A stretch of DNA of 32,721 bases, from positions 1 through 32,721 of the forward strand of contig JBHLPW010000053.1 in NCBI GenBank assembly GCA_048939015.1. The letters are read 5' to 3'. The position numbers were made by a program, and so were the translations under genes. Position 1 is the first letter of the stretch; each line of letters starts with the position of its first letter. A model generated the notes under the pieces. The model did no database searches, was not told where the DNA came from, and worked only from the letters and a program-made list of their open reading frames with translations. Source of the stretch: Promethearchaeota archaeon (GTDB lineage: Archaea; Asgardarchaeota; Lokiarchaeia; Sigyniarchaeales; SOKP01). Positions 27,700 through 32,721 of the stretch are shown in pieces.

Positions 27700-29538
27700 A
27701 TGTCAAATGCAAATAAAATAATATCTTTAAACATTACAAAATTCCCGCAAAATTTATTAATTCCCGGTATCAAAAACGAGATTTTTATTCAAGCATTAAA
27801 CTACTCCAGTCAAAAAGAAAATTTTAAATTTATTTTTGAAGGAGAAAATTTAAATATTGATGTAGAACCCGAGATTTTTAAAAACAACATCGAATTTGGA
27901 CCGGGCGAAAGTAAAACCATTAATTTAATGTTAGAACCTACTAATGATGGCTATGGGAAGTTAACTATTAATGTACACTGGCTTAAGATTGTTGAACATA
28001 CTGTTCAAGTACAAAAAGTAAGAGATTCTGTTCAAACTAGTAAAATAAAGAAAATCCTAGATAAACAGACTTTTAAAACAACTGAAACCGCTGAAAAATT
28101 TAATCCAAAAGATTTTATTATAGACATGAATGAAAAAGTACTAAAACAAGCAGAAAAACAGTTAGCCTCATTGACGGAACAATATAAATCAGATCAATCA
28201 TCAGGCAAATCTAGCTCTGAATTACTTGAAAAAATGGAAGCATATAAAAAACAAATCGCAAAAGGTTATCTTTCAATTGATAATCCCCAAAGATCGTTAA
28301 AATTAGCATTGATGCTTTCGAATAAAAATGAACAGAGAGACTTTTACATCAACTTAATTCGTGCTTATGCATATAAAAAGCTTGAACCAACACTTCAAAT
28401 TGTTCAGAATTTACCCGATTTAGATAAAAAACAAAAAATTCTTAAGATTTTAGCTTTAGACCAAATTCCAGATGATCCAGAACAATCCATTAAAATAGCT
28501 AATCTAATACAGAATCCCTCTATTAAAGAGAATCTTCTTATTAGTATCTATACCCAAATTAACAATTCAGATCCCTTAGTGGCTTTGAAGCTAAGAGATT
28601 TAATTGATAATAATGATCTAAAAATAAAACTTCTATTCAATATTGCCCGAAAATTAAGAGAAGAAAATAAGAACGCTGATGTAATTCAGGTTATTAACTT
28701 AATAATTAAAACACTTTTAAAGTCTCTTGTCGCAGGTTTTGATAAGTCTATTTATAAAATGTTAAAAAATGCAATTTACGCTCTTGCTGAGACTGATAGC
28801 CCTGCTTCTGCGAATGCATTTATTGAACGTATACCGATCCAAGAAGTTAAGGACAGAATATTAAAAGATTTATTCGATGATATTTATATGATGGTTGAGG
28901 AAATTCAAACACAAATTGAATCTGAAATAGCTTTTTCTCAATATTTCATATTAAATACATATGTATCAGGTATTTCAAGTGAAATTAAGAATTTTAGTTT
29001 AAGTGGGGGAAATATTAGTAATAATGTTCTTGAAAGTAATTTTAATTTTAATACTGTTTTTATATCTTTATTTGGATTTGATTTTAGTACTTTTCCTATA
29101 TTAGATCGTGTATATAATGATTTAAAATATACTTTGAATAAATCGATTGCATACTATACTTTCCCATCGAAAAAAAATTATAATCAAGAAGAGATTAGAA
29201 CTCTAACTACTTCATTAAAACAATTTTTCAAGAACTTTGAAAATATATCCAGTCAAGTAGCAGTTTATAATTTAGATTTCATTCCATATTTAGGAAAACC
29301 AACTGTTATTTTATCACAGGATAATGATTTAGATAATATTCTTTACCAAAAAATTAAGAAAATTGGAGATACAATTAACATAATTGTTGATGATTCATTA
29401 TTCAATGGTGGCAAAATTTCTGAAGATCTCAAACAAATTTTCCCTCCTAATAAATGCAAGATTAGCAATTTGGTCTTATCTTATGAATTTATTAACGATT
29501 ATGATATTTTTAAAACTTTAATACAATCTATACTCTAA
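27700..29538 (+). CDS. Hypothetical protein with beta-sandwich-like N-terminus, helical-repeat middle and alpha/beta C-terminus
   Basis: 612-aa ORF. Ig-like FGPGESKTINLMLEP...GKLTINV and recurring helical units (DPEQSIKIANLIQNPSIKENLL, DPLVALKLRDLIDNNDLKIKLL). Confidence 0.75.
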   Translation: MSNANKIISLNITKFPQNLLIPGIKNEIFIQALNYSSQKENFKFIFEGENLNIDVEPEIFKNNIEFGPGESKTINLMLEPTNDGYGKLTINVHWLKIVEHTVQVQKVRDSVQTSKIKKILDKQTFKTTETAEKFNPKDFIIDMNEKVLKQAEKQLASLTEQYKSDQSSGKSSSELLEKMEAYKKQIAKGYLSIDNPQRSLKLALMLSNKNEQRDFYINLIRAYAYKKLEPTLQIVQNLPDLDKKQKILKILALDQIPDDPEQSIKIANLIQNPSIKENLLISIYTQINNSDPLVALKLRDLIDNNDLKIKLLFNIARKLREENKNADVIQVINLIIKTLLKSLVAGFDKSIYKMLKNAIYALAETDSPASANAFIERIPIQEVKDRILKDLFDDIYMMVEEIQTQIESEIAFSQYFILNTYVSGISSEIKNFSLSGGNISNNVLESNFNFNTVFISLFGFDFSTFPILDRVYNDLKYTLNKSIAYYTFPSKKNYNQEEIRTLTTSLKQFFKNFENISSQVAVYNLDFIPYLGKPTVILSQDNDLDNILYQKIKKIGDTINIIVDDSLFNGGKISEDLKQIFPPNKCKISNLVLSYEFINDYDIFKTLIQSIL

Positions 29539-29608
29539 AATGAAAAATATAAACTAAAAATTAAGATCCGTTATATATATTGTAAGCGAATATAAAGAGA
29601 GAAAATCG

Positions 29609-31282
29609 ATGGCAAAAGACAAGAAAAAAAAAGATAAAAAGAAGAAAAAAAGTGATCACCAAGCATTTGATACCTTTTCTCAATTGTACACAACAGAAGG
29701 AAAAGCACAACCAAAAGCAAAAGCACATCCGGGGATCTCAATAGGACAAAGTATTGATAGATCGCGAGATAAGTTATTTTTAGGTACAGATTATAAGGAA
29801 GTTCATATCCCTGAAAGACCATGGGCTGAAATGCTCGCTGATGTTGAGCATTGGACACCTTTACCTTTCACTCATGGTATTGAAATGGAACTAATCATTG
29901 CTGACGATAGTGGTGAATATCCTCCCGGTGAAGAAATGGTTTTCCGAATGAAAGAAATTGTAAAAGATGCTATTAAAATAATGGATGAAATGCTCTATGA
30001 TGGAAGAGAAGATTTCCTACCTATTCCAGATTATATAAGACAAAAAGTCTTGGCTAGACCTTGGGGAAAGGAAGATCTTGAAAAAGGATACGCAATGGAT
30101 ATCCGTTACGCTCTAGGAGATAGTTCTGTAGATATAGACACTTTTGCTAGAGATGGAAATGTCACAGCAATAACCTATATATTAGAGTTAGTCACACCTC
30201 CATGTGTTTATGTTGAAGAGTTAGCTTTTTGGGCTAGTACTCTATTTTTATTAGCTAAAACCACATTACCAAAAGATCTGCATATTATTGCTTCCGCAAT
30301 AAATCCCGCGACACGAGAATATATGAGAGGTGTAAGTCAAGCCGATCACTCGCATTTAGGTTCATTCAATTCAGAATTAGAGAAAATTCAAGCATATTGT
30401 ATGATTCGCAATTTTATTCCTCATCTTATCGCTCTTACATGTAATTCACCAATTTTAAATAATAAGCCTACTGATGTAGTTAAAATCATAAATAGACGTA
30501 TTACAGCACCAAATTGTACTAGATCTTTACGTTTAAAATACAATACCACTATGCTAAGTGGAAATGATCCAAAATATTATATTCCTTACTTAACGGATCT
30601 CAACGAAAATTCAGTCAATTATTTTCTTCAAGTCGTGCAAAAAGCAAGCTTAGAGGATGGAAGGTTCCAGGACGTGTTTCCATTAACAGATTGGGGGACT
30701 ATAGAAGTTAGAATTAGCGATGCCCAGATATCAATCTGTCGTAGAATTGGTGTAGCACTTTTAATACAAGCTATGTGTTATAAAGCAAGAAAATTATTAG
30801 AAAAAGGAGTTTGGGTTCCTGATGCGGGTAGTGAAACCATAGCCACAAATCGCGCAGGGGCGATTGAAAGAGGATTAATTTCCTTATTTCGACCTGTAAA
30901 TATCTCACGGGAAAAACTTGCCCAATACGACCCGGAATTTGCAGAACAATACCTAGGACCAGAAGGGCAACCTGTAAGATACATGAGCCAAGCTGTACAA
31001 CGAATGTTCTTCTATCTAAAAGATGTTTTAAAAGAGTTAGGTTTTTTATATTCTCCCTTTATGAAACCACTTTTACAATCTGTTTTTGGGAGTATATCTT
31101 ATGCTGAACCCCCCATAACAGAAGCAGAATATCAATTAAGTTTATATCAATACAAATTGGACAATGGAGAAGACCCCAGCATTCTATACGATTTAATATA
31201 TTTTACTATTCTCTATTGCCAGGATCCTCTAAACAATCCACTTACAGGCGTGCTTACCCTTCCAAAAGAAATGAGTGATTAA
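29609..31282 (+). CDS. Glutamate-cysteine ligase family 2 (GCS2/YbdK-like) carboxylate-amine ligase
   Basis: GIEMEL, LELVTPP, DHSHLG, PHLIALTCNSP, RSLR and GTIEVRISDAQ. Confidence 0.8.
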   Translation: MAKDKKKKDKKKKKSDHQAFDTFSQLYTTEGKAQPKAKAHPGISIGQSIDRSRDKLFLGTDYKEVHIPERPWAEMLADVEHWTPLPFTHGIEMELIIADDSGEYPPGEEMVFRMKEIVKDAIKIMDEMLYDGREDFLPIPDYIRQKVLARPWGKEDLEKGYAMDIRYALGDSSVDIDTFARDGNVTAITYILELVTPPCVYVEELAFWASTLFLLAKTTLPKDLHIIASAINPATREYMRGVSQADHSHLGSFNSELEKIQAYCMIRNFIPHLIALTCNSPILNNKPTDVVKIINRRITAPNCTRSLRLKYNTTMLSGNDPKYYIPYLTDLNENSVNYFLQVVQKASLEDGRFQDVFPLTDWGTIEVRISDAQISICRRIGVALLIQAMCYKARKLLEKGVWVPDAGSETIATNRAGAIERGLISLFRPVNISREKLAQYDPEFAEQYLGPEGQPVRYMSQAVQRMFFYLKDVLKELGFLYSPFMKPLLQSVFGSISYAEPPITEAEYQLSLYQYKLDNGEDPSILYDLIYFTILYCQDPLNNPLTGVLTLPKEMSD

Positions 31283-31383
31283 GTAATAAAAATAAATTAC
31301 TCTAAATAATTTTAACTTATATCTTTTAATCTCACTAAACAGTATAAACATAATCAGATTGATTTTTAATAAAAAAAATAAAA

Positions 31384-31944
31384 TTATAGTTTTTTTATTA
31401 CTTTACATGGATTTCCAGCAGCATATACTCGTGCGTTTATATTTTTTGTAACAATAGAGCCTGCTCCAATTACGGAATCATTTCCGATTGAAATACCTGG
31501 ACAAATTATTGCTCCACCACCAATCCATACATTATTACCAATTGTAATCGGTAATCCTAATTCATTTCCAGTTTTACGTATTTCTGGATCTAATGGATGA
31601 GTTGCACAATATAGTTGCACATATGGTCCAAATTTCGTGTAATCTCCAATTTTGACACTATTTACGTCTAAAATAACACAATTAGTATTCATATAAACAT
31701 ATTTACCTAATTCAATATTTTTTCCATAATCACAATAAAATGGTGGTTCAATCGTTATGGGGTCTTTAATTAATGCAAATAATTCTGTTAAAATTCGATT
31801 TCGTCCAGTAAAATCCAAAAAACTTAATTGATTATATTGCTGACATAAAACATGTGCATGATTACGTTCTTTAGTAAGTTGTGGATCTCCGGCGTTATAT
31901 AATTGCCCCGCTAACATTTTTTCTTTTTCTGATAATGAATTCAT
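31384..31944 (-). CDS. maa: Maltose/galactoside O-acetyltransferase family protein
   Basis: EKEKMLAGQLY, IEPPFYCDYGKNI, ATHP and hexapeptide repeats IGNNVWIGGGA...IGAGSIVTK...AGNPCKVI. Confidence 0.9.
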   Translation of the reverse strand: MNSLSEKEKMLAGQLYNAGDPQLTKERNHAHVLCQQYNQLSFLDFTGRNRILTELFALIKDPITIEPPFYCDYGKNIELGKYVYMNTNCVILDVNSVKIGDYTKFGPYVQLYCATHPLDPEIRKTGNELGLPITIGNNVWIGGGAIICPGISIGNDSVIGAGSIVTKNINARVYAAGNPCKVIKKL

Positions 31945-32061
31945 TCTCTAATCAAATCCAGCATTTTTACTTTATAAAAGAGTTTTAAAATTGTTAATAT
32001 TTCTAGTTAATCAATATCTTAATAAAATTTTAAGAGAATATTATATTCAAAACTTCATCTT

Positions 32062-32721
32062 TTAACTTAAAACTAATGTGTAAAGCATAGTATATCCAAA
32101 AATCATTAAAAAATGCATTGTTGCGAATAGTGCTCCATTTTTCAGCAAACGTTTATAATTTAAATTTGCAACATCATATTTTTTTGCTAATGATAAAGTG
32201 AGAAGATCACAAGCAGAACCTTGGGGTAAAAAATTTCCAGCTAAATTAACACCACCAATGAAAGCAATTATGATCGGGTTAGGAAAGAATCCTTCTCCTA
32301 TAATTGCTGAAAAAATTGGGAGAAGAATTATGGTAACAGGAGTACCAGCTAAAAATGCTGATAGAAGAGAGGAAAGGCTTAAGGTTATCAGTACTGCAAG
32401 ATAAATATTATTATTCATCAAAACTACTAAACCTGAAGATATTAAACCTGAAAAGCCGAAATATGAAAGTGAATTTGAAAGAATGAATAACACCGCAAAT
32501 ACGATAATAATCCTCCATGAAATTTCATCCTTTAGATTTGAGAAACTAGTTTCTTTAGTATGAACAAGAAGAAGAATCGCTGCAGATATTGTCGCAACGA
32601 TTGCTGGTGAAATTCCTAAGAACATAAATAGAAAAGTTGCTAGAATGATAATAACCGTTATTATAAAGTATTTTTTATTCTGAATTACAATTTCAGGCGC
32701 AAGCATTTCCAATAATATCTT
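32062..32721 (-). CDS. SLC13/ArsB/NhaD (ion transporter superfamily) permease, C-terminal part (5' end outside the window)
   Basis: Multiple transmembrane helices, ISWRIIIVFAVLFIL, LSAFLAGTP and NLAGNFLPQGSAC. The frame is open to the window end. Confidence 0.8.
   Translation of the reverse strand, partial: KILLEMLAPEIVIQNKKYFIITVIIILATFLFMFLGISPAIVATISAAILLLVHTKETSFSNLKDEISWRIIIVFAVLFILSNSLSYFGFSGLISSGLVVLMNNNIYLAVLITLSLSSLLSAFLAGTPVTIILLPIFSAIIGEGFFPNPIIIAFIGGVNLAGNFLPQGSACDLLTLSLAKKYDVANLNYKRLLKNGALFATMHFLMIFGYTMLYTLVLS

Noticed and set aside
3783-32404. Short (60-130 aa) opposite-strand ORFs in the track, such as 3783-3968, 5458-5730, 13739-14131, 18603-18809, 25960-26256 and 29571-29858
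   Set aside because: They lie antisense to well-supported genes and have no recognisable motifs, so they are treated as shadow ORFs.
1-32721. CRISPR array, tRNA or rRNA
   Set aside because: Intergenic gaps are short and AT-rich, with no periodic repeats and no GC-rich cloverleaf visible. A tRNAscan/Infernal run would be needed to exclude them fully.

Overview
This is a strongly AT-rich, gene-dense archaeal chromosome segment, most likely from an Asgard archaeon (Lokiarchaeia-like). That placement is inferred from a Roadblock-small GTPase fusion, two longin-like proteins and archaeal lipid genes. The core (14.6-27.6 kb) is a nearly complete isoprenoid cluster encoding the archaeal (Aeropyrum-type) modified mevalonate pathway: HMG-CoA synthase with a C-terminal DUF35-like fusion, class II HMG-CoA reductase, mevalonate kinase, two-subunit AcnX phosphomevalonate dehydratase, UbiD decarboxylase plus UbiX, an IPK-IDI2 fusion that apparently starts at a non-canonical codon, and trans- and cis-prenyltransferases. 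No thiolase is present in the window. The left part has two orphan DNA methyltransferases, a SelB-like factor with a degenerate G-domain and three hydrolases (NPP, PHP/DUF3604, GH38). The right part has an uncharacterised Ig/solenoid-like protein next to a divergent GCS2-type ligase, a sugar O-acetyltransferase and a truncated SLC13/ArsB-type permease. I saw no rRNA, tRNA, CRISPR array or transposase. All family assignments come from motif recognition by eye, not from database searches.
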